A DNA stretch of 64,000 bases from a virus. Its lineage: Duplodnaviria; Caudoviricetes. The translations under genes and the position numbers were made by a program. Under the pieces are notes generated by a model that was not told the DNA's origin, made no database searches, and was given only the letters and a program-made list of their open reading frames with translations. Location: IMG/VR virus record IMGVR_UViG_2939319381_000001, positions 27,309 through 91,308 of that record; one strand, 5' to 3'. This document shows, piece by piece, positions 17,897 to 27,770 of the stretch; position 1 is the stretch's first letter, and every line of letters begins with the position of its first letter.

Positions 17897-19774
17897 GTGC
17901 GCCCCGTGGGCCTGAAGAACGTAGTCATCGACGCCTGGTCGTGGCTGAACTACAAGCCGATCTTCAGCGACCCCACCCTCGGCATGCCGCACCGCCGCGC
18001 GTTCCCCGAAGCGCACGCCACCTGGGTACCCGCCGAGGACGAACGCCGCCTGTCCGCGTACAAGCTCCTCGGCGCGTACGACAACAACCAGGCCGCCGAA
18101 CTCGCCGAACTCCGCGACGGCCCGTCAGCCCGGGAGCGCCGCGAGTACGGCGACCCGTCCATGTTCATCGACACGCTCGTCGCGCACGTCATGGGCCGCG
18201 AGCAGCACATCGTCGTCCCCGGCGCCGAGCAGACCGACGCGGACAACGAGACCGCGGCCGCCGCAGCCGAACGCGTCCAAGACCTCCTCCGCGAGTGGGC
18301 CGAGGACGAACTCCTCCCCATGCGGATACTCCAGTGCGAACGCAAGGCCGTCGGCCTCGGCGACGGGGTTTACCTCCTCGCCTGGGACCCCGACAAGCAG
18401 CGCCCCCGCCTCAAGACCTACGACCCGGGCTTCTACTTCCCCGTCATCCCCGAGGACGGTGACGGGGCCGACTTCCCCGAGCGCATCCACCTCGCCTGGG
18501 AACTCCCCGAGGACAAGGCCCGCGGGCTCAAGCCCCGCCTGCGCCGCATCACGTACGAGATGGACTGGATCGGCCCCGCCACCGCATCCGGCGTCGACCG
18601 CGAAGGCCGCCCTGTACGCGCCCCCGTCATGGCCGACCCCACGGACGACAGCCCTGCGGTGCCGCTCATCGGCCGCGGCGACCAGGTCGACAGCAGCGGC
18701 GGGATCAGCCGCCTGTACCCGTGGAACGACCGGCCGACGTACCGCACCTGCTACCTCACCGACGCCACCTGGGACCTCGGCGACCTCAAGGCCCACCACG
18801 ACGTCGACAACCTCCCAGCCGAACACGCCCGCTACGCCACCAGCAGCTTCGGCGAGGTCCTCGACCGCCTGGACCTGTACGTGGACTTCATTCCCGTCGT
18901 CCACACCCCGAACACCGTGCCCCCCGCCGAGGAGCACTGGGGGCAGAGCAGCCTCGCCAAGCCGCTGCAGGTCTTCGACGAGCTCGTCTCCACCGACACC
19001 GACGCCGCCCGGGCCTCCGCCACCACCGGCCTCCCCATGATTGGCATCTCCGGCGTCACCGACCCCAAGCAGCAGTACGGTGTCGGCCCAGGCACCGTCT
19101 TCAAGCTCGGGGAGACCGGCAAGCTCACCACCATCGACACCTCCCCGGCCCTCAAGGAACTCCGAGCCCGCAGCCAGGAGCTGTCCGACCGGGCCGCCAA
19201 CGTCGCCCGGCTTCCCGCCGTGTCCCTCGGCACCATGGACCCCTCCAAGGTGCCCTCCGGATACGCCCTCGAACTGTCCCTCGGCCCGCTCGACTCCCTC
19301 ATCTCCGGGATGCGCCTCGCCCGCGCCCACAAGGACATGCTCCTGCTGCGCTTCGTCCAGCGCCTGTTCCTCGCCGGGCAGCACCCCGACTGGGCCGGAA
19401 TCACCCCGCTCCCCGCGAAGCTCGTCCGCGGCCCCTACACCCCGACCGACAAGGGCGCGGTGCTCGAGCAGGTCACCACCGCCTACCAGGCGAAGGTCAT
19501 CAGCCTCGAGACCGCGCTCCGGATGCTCACCGAGGCCGGGTGGCCGATCGACGACGCGGAGAAGGAGATCGAGCAGATCCAGGCCCGATCCTTCGAGGAC
19601 GCCCGCCTCCTGGCCGACGCCCTCGGCAACGCCGAAGAGGTCGCGAACTTCCTCGGCCGGAAGGCCCCCGAAACCAGGCAGGCACCCGCCCCGAACCTGC
19701 CGCCCGTCACCGGCGAGGACGACGAGGAGAACCCGTTGGCCGAGCAGCCCGAGGGAAGCGGGGGGAACGAATGA
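17897..19774 (+). CDS. Portal protein
   Basis: Position after terL, size, 'GLGDGVYLLAWD', 'SGYALEL'. Confidence 0.8.
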   Translation: MRPVGLKNVVIDAWSWLNYKPIFSDPTLGMPHRRAFPEAHATWVPAEDERRLSAYKLLGAYDNNQAAELAELRDGPSARERREYGDPSMFIDTLVAHVMGREQHIVVPGAEQTDADNETAAAAAERVQDLLREWAEDELLPMRILQCERKAVGLGDGVYLLAWDPDKQRPRLKTYDPGFYFPVIPEDGDGADFPERIHLAWELPEDKARGLKPRLRRITYEMDWIGPATASGVDREGRPVRAPVMADPTDDSPAVPLIGRGDQVDSSGGISRLYPWNDRPTYRTCYLTDATWDLGDLKAHHDVDNLPAEHARYATSSFGEVLDRLDLYVDFIPVVHTPNTVPPAEEHWGQSSLAKPLQVFDELVSTDTDAARASATTGLPMIGISGVTDPKQQYGVGPGTVFKLGETGKLTTIDTSPALKELRARSQELSDRAANVARLPAVSLGTMDPSKVPSGYALELSLGPLDSLISGMRLARAHKDMLLLRFVQRLFLAGQHPDWAGITPLPAKLVRGPYTPTDKGAVLEQVTTAYQAKVISLETALRMLTEAGWPIDDAEKEIEQIQARSFEDARLLADALGNAEEVANFLGRKAPETRQAPAPNLPPVTGEDDEENPLAEQPEGSGGNE

Positions 19775-19815
19775 CCGCAGGCGTGCTTTCCTTGGATCAA
19801 GGCGCGGGGCCTGGT
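19757..19815 (+). promoter_or_regulatory. Putative late promoter, copy 3
   Basis: AGCGGGGGGAACG...GGCGCGGGGCCTGGT with identical spacing to copy 2. Confidence 0.55.
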
Positions 19816-19839
19816 ACGAGTCTGGGAGGACTTGCGCTC

Positions 19840-20658
19840 ATGCGTCGCCCCACGCAGCACCACAACATCCCCGCCATCCACTCGGCGTGGGCACACCCGT
19901 ACACCGGTGTCCCCGCCCTCGGGATGTTCTACAACGACGGCGGCAACCCCCCGGCACCCACCCCGGTGCCCACGCCCGCCGAGCTCGCCGCGCGCATCAC
20001 ACCTCCCGCCGCGCCCCAGGCCCCACAGACCCCGGTCGACCCGGACGACGAGAAGGTCACCTTCACCCAGCGCCGCCTCAACGTCATCATGCGAGACCAG
20101 AAGGAGGAGGGCCGCCGCGCTGCCCTCCGCGCCCTCGCCGAGACTGCCGGCCTCGACCCCGACCAGGTAGACCTCGACCAGGTCGGCCAGCTCGTCAAGG
20201 AAGCCGGCGAAGCGAACCGGCAGCGCATGAGCGAGGTCGAGCGCCAGCAGGCCGACGCGCAGGCCGCGACCGAGCGCGCAGCCCAGCAGGTCGCCGACGC
20301 CGAGAAGAAGGCCACCGCCGCCCAAGCCCTCGCCTTCCAGGTCCAGCAGCAGATGGCCCTCATCCGCCTCGGCGCCAACCCCGACGACCTCGCCGACGTC
20401 ACCGCACTCCTCCGCAACGACCTCCAGGGCATCGACCAGCCCACCGAGGAGCAGATCCGAACGGCGGCCGAGGCCCTCAAGGCCCGCCGCCCCGCAGACT
20501 TCGGCGGCACCGCCCCGCAGACCCTGCCCCCGGCGCCCGGCGGTGGCCCTGCCGGCGGCCCCCCGCCGCGCACCCCCACAGGCGGCAAGGACGCCGTGAA
20601 CGCGAAGGCCCGCGAGCGCGCCGAGCGCATGGGCCTCCGCAAGCCCGAAGCCGCATAA
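19840..20658 (+). CDS. Capsid scaffolding protein
   Basis: 'TFTQRRLN' motif, coiled coil, position before head genes; GGAGGA RBS. Confidence 0.75.
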   Translation: MRRPTQHHNIPAIHSAWAHPYTGVPALGMFYNDGGNPPAPTPVPTPAELAARITPPAAPQAPQTPVDPDDEKVTFTQRRLNVIMRDQKEEGRRAALRALAETAGLDPDQVDLDQVGQLVKEAGEANRQRMSEVERQQADAQAATERAAQQVADAEKKATAAQALAFQVQQQMALIRLGANPDDLADVTALLRNDLQGIDQPTEEQIRTAAEALKARRPADFGGTAPQTLPPAPGGGPAGGPPPRTPTGGKDAVNAKARERAERMGLRKPEAA

Positions 20659-20762
20659 CCAGCACCACTCCGAAGACCAGGGACCACGCCCTCACCCCCC
20701 GTGGACGGCACCACGCAGGTGCCCTCTCACACATTCCGCGATCATCGCGAAAGGGGTTCGGC

Positions 20763-21497
20763 GTGGACATCCAGCCGTACACCATCACCGAGTCGTACGC
20801 AGTCGGCCGACCGTGGCTGATGAGCATGCTCGGCATCGAAGCAAACCAGACGATCACCCTCGACCTCAGCGCGTTCGACGAGACCCTCCACTGGACCGAG
20901 GCGTCGAAGTACCAGCCCGAGCGGAAGCTCAAGTCCGGCATCCCCCTCGGCAAGAACACCACGACGGGCCTGTTCGAGCCGTACGCCGCCGTCACCAACG
21001 AGGTCCAGACCCTCACCGTCACCGGCGGCCCGACCGGCGGAACGTTCACCATCACCTGGTCCGGGCAGACCACCGCGGCGATCGCCTACAACGCCACCGC
21101 CGCCGTCGTCCAGACCGCCCTCGAAGCCCTGTCCAACGTGGCCCCCGGCGACGTCGTCGTCACCGGCGCAGCGGGCGGACCCTGGACCCTCACCTGGGGT
21201 GGAGCCCAGCTCGGCGAGAACGTCGCCGCGCCGACGACCACCGAGACGTTCACCGGCGGCACCAGCCCCGACATCACCATCGCCACCACCACGGCCGGAG
21301 GAACCGCAGCCACCGCAAACGGCACGGACGTTTTCGCCGGGTTCCTCTTCACCGAGGTGTCGTTCTACCCCACCACCACGAAGGTCGCCGCGCCGCTGAT
21401 GGTCCACGGCCAGGTCGACGTGGCCAAGCTCCCCGTCGCCTTCGACCCGACCGACGCCCCGGCCGGATCCAACACCCAGTTCGTCTACAAGGTCTGA
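20763..21497 (+). CDS. Head decoration protein with inserted beta-rich domain
   Basis: 'LKSGIPLGK', 'GFLFT'; directly before the major capsid gene. Confidence 0.7.
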   Translation: MDIQPYTITESYAVGRPWLMSMLGIEANQTITLDLSAFDETLHWTEASKYQPERKLKSGIPLGKNTTTGLFEPYAAVTNEVQTLTVTGGPTGGTFTITWSGQTTAAIAYNATAAVVQTALEALSNVAPGDVVVTGAAGGPWTLTWGGAQLGENVAAPTTTETFTGGTSPDITIATTTAGGTAATANGTDVFAGFLFTEVSFYPTTTKVAAPLMVHGQVDVAKLPVAFDPTDAPAGSNTQFVYKV

Positions 21498-21507
21498 GGA
21501 GAACCCC

Positions 21508-22575
21508 ATGCCGAACGACATGCTTGAGGTCCTCCTGCGGGACATCAACCCCACCGAGATCAACGCGTTCGTCCGCCAGATCCAGACCCCCGCCGACTAC
21601 TACCTCACCCAGTCCGTGATCCCCGAGCGGACCGTGAACTCGGTGAAGTGGCAGGCTCGCGGAACGAAGCGACGCGTCGCCGCCGCCTCCTACCGCGCGT
21701 GGGACGCCCAGACGAAGGTCGCAACCCGCGAGATCTCCCGCTGGGTCACCGAAGGCAAGCTCCTGCCCCTGGGGCAGAAGTACATCGTCGGCGAGCTGGA
21801 GACCATCCTCCAGAACGTGCAGCGCGGCATGGACGGCGACGACCTCGTCCAGTCCATCTACGAGGACGCCGCCGCCCACGTCCTGTCGATCAAGTCCCGC
21901 ATGGAGCTCGCCGCCGGCGACATCCTCGCCGACGGCAAGTTCACCCTGGAAGGGGAGAACGGGCTGACGATCGAGGCCGACCACAACGTCCCGGCCGGGA
22001 ACATGCCGATCGCCCCCGTCGCCTGGACCAACCCGGCCGCGGACATGCTCGCTGACGAGCTCCGCTGGATCGAGTACCTCCGCTCCAAGGGCGCCCCGCG
22101 CCCCGCGAGCGCCCTGACGTCCTACAAGGGCATGACGCTGGCAATGGCCAACGACTCCTACCGGGCCGCCTACCACCGATCGGTCAGCCCCAGCGCCACA
22201 CCGACCGCCGTCCTGTCCCCGTCCGACGTCAACGTCGTCCGCGCGCAGTACAACCTGCCGCCGATCGTCGACTACGACGTCATGATCGACCTGGACGACG
22301 GCACCAACACCCGCGCCCTGCCCGAGAACATGTTCTTCCTCCTCCCGCCGGACACCCGGCAGATGGCGGAAACCCAGTACGGGCTCACCGCCGAAGGCAT
22401 CGTCCTCTCCTCGGGCGGCAACCCGTCCATCGACAGCGAAGAGGCCCCCGGCATCATCGTCACCTCCGGCTACCAGGACGACCCGGTCCAGGTCTGGTCG
22501 AAGGGCGCCGCGGCCGCGCTCCCGGTCATGTACACCTCGGACATCCACATCGCCGCGACGATCTGGGACGAGTGA
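21508..22575 (+). CDS. Major capsid protein (gpE-like)
   Basis: 355 aa; 'RMELAAGDIL.DGK', 'DPVQVWSKGAA..LPV'. Confidence 0.85.
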   Translation: MPNDMLEVLLRDINPTEINAFVRQIQTPADYYLTQSVIPERTVNSVKWQARGTKRRVAAASYRAWDAQTKVATREISRWVTEGKLLPLGQKYIVGELETILQNVQRGMDGDDLVQSIYEDAAAHVLSIKSRMELAAGDILADGKFTLEGENGLTIEADHNVPAGNMPIAPVAWTNPAADMLADELRWIEYLRSKGAPRPASALTSYKGMTLAMANDSYRAAYHRSVSPSATPTAVLSPSDVNVVRAQYNLPPIVDYDVMIDLDDGTNTRALPENMFFLLPPDTRQMAETQYGLTAEGIVLSSGGNPSIDSEEAPGIIVTSGYQDDPVQVWSKGAAAALPVMYTSDIHIAATIWDE

Positions 22576-22578
22576 CCG

Positions 22579-22953
22579 ATGGGCGCCCAGCTGACGGGGA
22601 CCGTGCACGTCACGGACCCGGACACCCACCAGATGGTGGAGCTCGCCCCGGGGACGTGCCCGGAGCCGCGCCTGGCCGTCCTGGTGACGAACCCGGCCGC
22701 CTGGGTCGACGGGAAGCTCCCACGCCTCCCGAAGACCAAGACGGAGGGCGACAGCGGCCCTTCCGGAAGCGACCCGGACGGCGCCTCTGGCGACGCCTCG
22801 GGAGACACCGGCAGCACTGACCCCCAGTCCGACGAGACGGAGCCCACCGAGGGCGGCACCTCCGACGACACCAAGCCGGCCGCGCGCAAGACCGCGGCCA
22901 AGAAGCCGGCCCGGGGCCGGACGGCCGCCGCTGAGGGCACCGGCGGCCAGTAA
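22579..22953 (+). CDS. Hypothetical head-associated protein
   Basis: Follows the capsid gene; low-complexity tail. Confidence 0.65.
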   Translation: MGAQLTGTVHVTDPDTHQMVELAPGTCPEPRLAVLVTNPAAWVDGKLPRLPKTKTEGDSGPSGSDPDGASGDASGDTGSTDPQSDETEPTEGGTSDDTKPAARKTAAKKPARGRTAAAEGTGGQ

Positions 22954-23044
22954 GCGGTAGTGGGCCCGGCACCCGGTGGGGCGCCGGAGGCCGGGCCCGC
23001 ACCTGCACCCCCTTCCCAGCCCACCCCCAGACCTGGAGGACCCG

Positions 23045-23377
23045 GTGGACACAGACGTACGCGCCTGGCTTCTCTCCGAGCTCGGCCCGACCACCGACCT
23101 GCCCGACCTGGAGCAGCGCTACACCCGCCTCCAGTCCGGGCGAGCAGTGGCCATCGAGGTAACCCGCGAGCGCCTTGCTGCGCTGCGCGGCCAGCCGTCC
23201 ACGGTGAACGTCTCCGGGGTTGTGTCCGTGTCGTACACGGAGACCATCAAGGCGTACGAACGCCAGCTCGCGCTTCTCGTCGCGGGTGAGCCCCCAGCGC
23301 CCGACGACCCCGCCGGCCAAGACACCAGCGGAGATGGATTCGGTCTCATTCGGCTCGTCGAACGGCCCCGCCGATGA
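23045..23377 (+). CDS. Putative head-tail adaptor
   Basis: GGAGG RBS; position and size. Confidence 0.55.
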   Translation: MDTDVRAWLLSELGPTTDLPDLEQRYTRLQSGRAVAIEVTRERLAALRGQPSTVNVSGVVSVSYTETIKAYERQLALLVAGEPPAPDDPAGQDTSGDGFGLIRLVERPRR

Positions 23378-24225
23378 GCACCCCCACCCAGATCCGGCCG
23401 GACCGGCAGCGCACGGAACTCCTCACCCTCATCGCCGCGTCCGCAGCGCAGCTCTCCCGACCGTGGGACCGCCTCGCCACCGCGCAGCAGGACCTCCTCG
23501 CGACCCTGGAGCTCATCCAGCCCGGAGTGGGGGCCACCCGGCAGGCCCGGGCTGCGGTCAACGAGTTCAACCAGCAGGTCGCCCAGTTCGACCGGGACGC
23601 CCGCGCGTTCACCACACGGTGGGCAGCCACCGACCTCCCCACCGCATACCGCGACGGGGCCCTCCAAGCCCTGCGCCGGGCGAACCGCAGCATCACGAGG
23701 TTCCGGTGGACCGTCGACCACCAGGCCACCGTCACCCCACTGACCGCCGTGTTCTACGCCGACCTGATCCGCCGCATCCAGGAGACCGTACGCCGAGCGC
23801 AGGCCTTCGCCCGGGCAGCGCAGGACGCAGTCCGGGACGTGGTCGTCGGCCGCCACCACGACGGCATCGACCGAACCAAGCTGGCCTCCGACCATCCCCT
23901 CGACAAGGTGATTTACGCCGATCAGTCCCGGCACCCCGTGGCCTCCTGGGCGCGATCCGCCTTGTCGTGGCAGGGAGTGGTGTCCGCGAACGCGGGTGCG
24001 GTCAACACCGCGCGCTGGGAACTGGGCGCCGAGTGGATGCAGTGCGTGGACGGCCCCGAGTGCGGGTTCGTCTCGCACGAGGACACCGACCACGCGAGCG
24101 GCACGATCCGCAGCCTCGACGACGCCGCCATGTACCCCGCCGCCCACCACGGGTGCATCCGCGAGTGGATACCGCGCCCGGACCTCAACGGGCGAACCGA
24201 CATCGAATCCGGAGACTCGATATGA
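23374..24225 (+). CDS. Minor capsid / head morphogenesis protein (gpF-like)
   Basis: C-terminal 'D..C...HHGCIR' motif. Confidence 0.65.
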   Translation: MSTPTQIRPDRQRTELLTLIAASAAQLSRPWDRLATAQQDLLATLELIQPGVGATRQARAAVNEFNQQVAQFDRDARAFTTRWAATDLPTAYRDGALQALRRANRSITRFRWTVDHQATVTPLTAVFYADLIRRIQETVRRAQAFARAAQDAVRDVVVGRHHDGIDRTKLASDHPLDKVIYADQSRHPVASWARSALSWQGVVSANAGAVNTARWELGAEWMQCVDGPECGFVSHEDTDHASGTIRSLDDAAMYPAAHHGCIREWIPRPDLNGRTDIESGDSI

Positions 24226-24461
24226 GCGAGCAGCGGATAGGCCCGATCCTTGATGGGCTCGGGGCAAGCATCGAGCTCGACGATGGTGACCTTGTGGCGT
24301 CCGCGCTCGTCATCGCAAAGGTTGTCGACTCGAACGGCGAGGTCTCCCTCGCGCTGAGCACCAGCAAAGGGCTTTCGTGGATTGATCAAAACGGTCTGGT
24401 CATGTCCGCCCGCCAAATTCTCGACCAACGCCACATTGGGCTCAAGGAGGACGGCGAATGA
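24222..24461 (+). CDS. Hypothetical protein
   Basis: MSEQRIGPILDG...; coupled on both sides; lower GC. Confidence 0.6.
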   Translation: MSEQRIGPILDGLGASIELDDGDLVASALVIAKVVDSNGEVSLALSTSKGLSWIDQNGLVMSARQILDQRHIGLKEDGE

Positions 24462-24841
24462 CCACCCCCGCCGAGCCGTCCGCTTACGGCGTGCAGATTG
24501 ACGCCCAGCCAGGCCAAGCCAGGATCCGCCTGAACGGTGATGCGCTCCCCGCGAACCAGGTCACCGGGTACGTCCTGGAACACGACGTCGCGGCCGCGCT
24601 ACCCACCCTGGTGCTCCACACCCGTCAGCCCGACCACGTCCAGTGGCAGGGGCTCGCTCGCGTCGCTGTCGCCGACCCCGCTCAGGACGACGGGCAGGTG
24701 GTGGCCGCGTTCCTGCAGAACGTCGACCCCGGCGCCCTGGCGCGGGCCGCGCTGGAGCGTGACGACCTCGACGGCAGCCCCAACGAGCTGACCGTGGCGA
24801 TGCTCAAGCAGCTCGCCGACTGGGCGCAGGGGAGGGCCTGA
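24458..24841 (+). CDS. Hypothetical protein
   Basis: GGAGG RBS; coupled ORF. Confidence 0.65.
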   Translation: MTTPAEPSAYGVQIDAQPGQARIRLNGDALPANQVTGYVLEHDVAAALPTLVLHTRQPDHVQWQGLARVAVADPAQDDGQVVAAFLQNVDPGALARAALERDDLDGSPNELTVAMLKQLADWAQGRA

Positions 24842-25287
24842 TGCAGGGCCTCGACGACGCGCTCCGAGGGGTGGTTGGGTGGATCGGGGAGAACCTCCTC
24901 ATCGATACCGTCCGCATCACCCTGCCTCCCACCGGCGAGCCCGTCTTCAACGAGGACACCGGGGAGCTGGAGTACCCCGACGGCGACGTCCTCTACGAAG
25001 GGCCTGGGGGCGTGCAGGGCTCCTCGGCGCAGGCGGAGATCGTCGCCACCCCCGACCGGAACTTGCCCTGGACGTCCGAGACCACCTCCCGGTACCGGCT
25101 TTTCACCCCCCTATCCGCACCCATCGCGCAGAAGGACGCCGTCGTCACCGTCGTCGGTGTCCACGACACCACCCGCACCGGGCTCATCGGCCGGTCGTGG
25201 ATCGTCACCGACCCCGGCCGGGCAGGCACCGTCGAAGTTGTCCGTATCACCCCCCTCGATCAGCTACGGACCGAGGTGACTCCATGA
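24841..25287 (+). CDS. Head-tail stopper-like protein (DUF6093-like)
   Basis: 'DTVRI...N..TG...VLYEG' pattern; position. Confidence 0.6.
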   Translation: MQGLDDALRGVVGWIGENLLIDTVRITLPPTGEPVFNEDTGELEYPDGDVLYEGPGGVQGSSAQAEIVATPDRNLPWTSETTSRYRLFTPLSAPIAQKDAVVTVVGVHDTTRTGLIGRSWIVTDPGRAGTVEVVRITPLDQLRTEVTP

Positions 25288-25673
25288 CCCCCGACGAGCT
25301 CGCCGACCGCCTCGACCGCGCCGCGACCCGCGTCGGGCCCGCCATCCAGCGCGCCGTACGCCACACCGGGGAACTCGGCCGTGCCCGCATCCGGGGAAAC
25401 GCATCCGGCAGGCCCGGGCCGAACGTCATCACCGGGGCGTACCGCAACAGTTGGGAGACGCACAACCGGCGCCTGCCGTACGGGGCGATGTGCACCATCG
25501 GCACCAACGCACCCCAGGGCCGACGCCTCGAGTTCGGGTTCATGGGCATGACCGACAGCCTCGGCCGCACCTACCACCAGCCACCGTTCCCGCACGTTGG
25601 CCCCGCCATCGACTTCATCGGGGCGACGCTGATGATGGAGATGCGGTTCGCGGTCGCGGAGGTGCTCCGGTGA
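25284..25673 (+). CDS. HK97 gp10-like tail completion protein
   Basis: 'TGAYRNSW...GTNAP...LEFG...PPFPHVGPA'. Confidence 0.8.
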   Translation: MTPDELADRLDRAATRVGPAIQRAVRHTGELGRARIRGNASGRPGPNVITGAYRNSWETHNRRLPYGAMCTIGTNAPQGRRLEFGFMGMTDSLGRTYHQPPFPHVGPAIDFIGATLMMEMRFAVAEVLR

Positions 25674-26119
25674 TCGCCCGCCGCCCCGTCACCATCGCCC
25701 TGGCCGCGCTTCTCACCTCGGCAAGCAACAGGCCCGTCGGGCGCGGGAAGAAACCCCCGGGGAACTCGCAGCACTACTACCTGCTGTACTCCCTCGACGC
25801 CGCCGTCGCTGGCCCGCCGCTTGCCGATGAGAACGAGGACCTGTCTCCGGTCTATCAGGTCACCTCCGTGTCCGGGCCCGACCCGGCCCGGCCTAACAGC
25901 AGCGGTGACCCGGACCAGGTGGAGTGGATGGCTGACAAGGCCCGCGAAGTCTTCCTCGGCCGCCACCCGGGCACCGGCCTGTGGCTCCACCCCATCATCG
26001 TCACCGGCGTGAAGGTCATGGGTCGGTCCCTCGACGTCGAACCGGGGGGAACGAATGACCCCGCAGATGGGATCATCAGTTACGTACAGAGGTTCAGGTT
26101 CGACCTGACCCCCGCCTGA
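25670..26119 (+). CDS. Tail terminator-like protein
   Basis: Position between the gp10-like and major tail genes. Confidence 0.6.
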   Translation: MIARRPVTIALAALLTSASNRPVGRGKKPPGNSQHYYLLYSLDAAVAGPPLADENEDLSPVYQVTSVSGPDPARPNSSGDPDQVEWMADKAREVFLGRHPGTGLWLHPIIVTGVKVMGRSLDVEPGGTNDPADGIISYVQRFRFDLTPA

Positions 26120-26221
26120 CCCAGTCAGGCCGCACAACCGCACCGCGGCGGGACCCCACGCGGACGCCACCACGCAGGTGGCCGCACCCACACCACATGT
26201 GAGGACAAGGGGTCCACCATC

Positions 26222-26695
26222 ATGGCCAGGTTCCAGCGCAAGGGCATCTCGAAGATCCTCTTCGCCGAGACGATTGCCAACGCCGGCTACATGCCCACCA
26301 GTGCCGAGGTCACCGGCGCGACCGACTACTCCCGGCAGATTGCCGCCGTCGACGGCTTCACCCTCGAGAACCAGATGATCGAGACGCCCGACATGGCGTC
26401 CACGTTCGTCTCCAAGATCGGCGGCGACGACTCGGCCGCCGACTCCAGCATCACGTTCTACGAGGACGACGACCTCGACGACATCGAGACCGATCTCGCC
26501 AAGGGCACCACCGGCTTCATCATCATCTGCCGCAAGGGCAAGGCCGCTACCACGCCCGGCATGGATGTCTTCCCGGTGACGGTCTCCTCCAACAGTGCGG
26601 CGATCACCCTCGACAACGAGGCCGCGAAGATCGTCGTCAGCTTCGCGATCACCGACCGGCCGCTCCTCAACGCGACCGTTCCCTCCGGCCCCTGA
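26222..26695 (+). CDS. Major tail (tube) protein
   Basis: Position before the chaperone pair; 'IETPDMASTFVSKIGG'. Confidence 0.75.
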   Translation: MARFQRKGISKILFAETIANAGYMPTSAEVTGATDYSRQIAAVDGFTLENQMIETPDMASTFVSKIGGDDSAADSSITFYEDDDLDDIETDLAKGTTGFIIICRKGKAATTPGMDVFPVTVSSNSAAITLDNEAAKIVVSFAITDRPLLNATVPSGP

Positions 26696-26796
26696 CCGGC
26701 CCCTCTCAGCTCCCGGCCGGGCCCGACGCGTGTTCGGGAAGGGGCGCCGTCGGCGCCTGGCCGGGTCCCCTTCCCCTCTGATGGAGGACCACCCTC

Positions 26797-27351
26797 ATGC
26801 CCACCAAGACCACCACACCCGCCCCGCCGCCCGCCGCCGTTGCGGCCGACGCGCACTGGGCAGCCAAGCGGGAGAAGCTCGCCAACCGGATTCGCCCGAC
26901 GGTCTCCCTGACGATCTGCGACGACCTCGACCTCCGAGTCGCCCTGGACACGGCCAGGAGCAACCTGCGCCGTATCAAGGCGGCAGCAGAGGACCGGCAG
27001 GACGACGCCACCGGACCTGAGGCGGTCGCCCTTGCCGAGGAGGACCTGGCGGCCGCTCAGGCCGCGTTCGATGAGGCAGCCATCGTGCTCCGGTTCCGGG
27101 CCCTGCCCCGCCTCGAGTTCGAGGCGCTGAAGAAGGCGCATCCGGCGACGGAGGAGCAGGCCGAGGACGGTCACGACCTGAACGTCGAATCTCTCGGCCC
27201 CGAGCTGGTCGCCAAGTCCTCGGTGGACGGCATGACCGTGGACGACGCCCGCGAATTCCTCGACACATGGTCTCCCGGTGAGGCCACGGCCCTGTTCAAC
27301 GCCGCGTGGAACATCCAGGAAGCGGCGCGCATGGACCTGGGAAAAGGCTGA
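26797..27351 (+). CDS. Tail assembly chaperone (gpG-like)
   Basis: Ends in slippery CTG GGA AAA GGC TGA. Confidence 0.8.
   Translation: MPTKTTTPAPPPAAVAADAHWAAKREKLANRIRPTVSLTICDDLDLRVALDTARSNLRRIKAAAEDRQDDATGPEAVALAEEDLAAAQAAFDEAAIVLRFRALPRLEFEALKKAHPATEEQAEDGHDLNVESLGPELVAKSSVDGMTVDDAREFLDTWSPGEATALFNAAWNIQEAARMDLGKG
27339..27345 (+). other. -1 programmed ribosomal frameshift site GGGAAAA
   Basis: Downstream ORF 27306..27743 is in the -1 frame and spans the site. Confidence 0.8.
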
Positions 27352-27743
27352 TCCGGGATGAACGCCTGCGAGAAGAACTCGCCCTCTGCGACCGGTGGGG
27401 CATCCCGCACTCCCTGTTCCGGGGCATCGGTGACGGCACCTGGACGGCCCGCGACCGGGCCAAGGCCCGCGCCTACCTGGAGTACCAGCGCACCGTGTGC
27501 CCGCAGTGCAACACCCGCCCCGACGACTGGGACCACGGCGGCCCCGACGAAGAGGACGCCTACGCAGTCACCGTCCAGCGGTGCGTCGGCTGCCAGGTCC
27601 TCGCCGACCGGCAGGACCAGCTGGGCCGCGACGGCATCGACACGAACGGCGTCAAGGTCGGCCTGATCCCCGCCGCGGCGGCGGCCGCCATCAAGGCGCA
27701 ACGCGAACTCGCCGGACACCGGCACACCGGCCACGACGACTGA
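27345..27743 (+). CDS. Frameshift extension of tail assembly chaperone (gpT-like)
   Basis: -1 frame ORF between the chaperone and tape measure genes. Confidence 0.75.
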   Translation, partial: RLIRDERLREELALCDRWGIPHSLFRGIGDGTWTARDRAKARAYLEYQRTVCPQCNTRPDDWDHGGPDEEDAYAVTVQRCVGCQVLADRQDQLGRDGIDTNGVKVGLIPAAAAAAIKAQRELAGHRHTGHDD

Positions 27744-27770
27744 ACAGCACGGAGAGGGGAGGGCGGCACG

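Noticed and set aside
27339-27345. Frame change in the tail chaperone as a pseudogene or novelty
   Set aside because: It is the well-known gpG/gpGT -1 frameshift; listed as a feature
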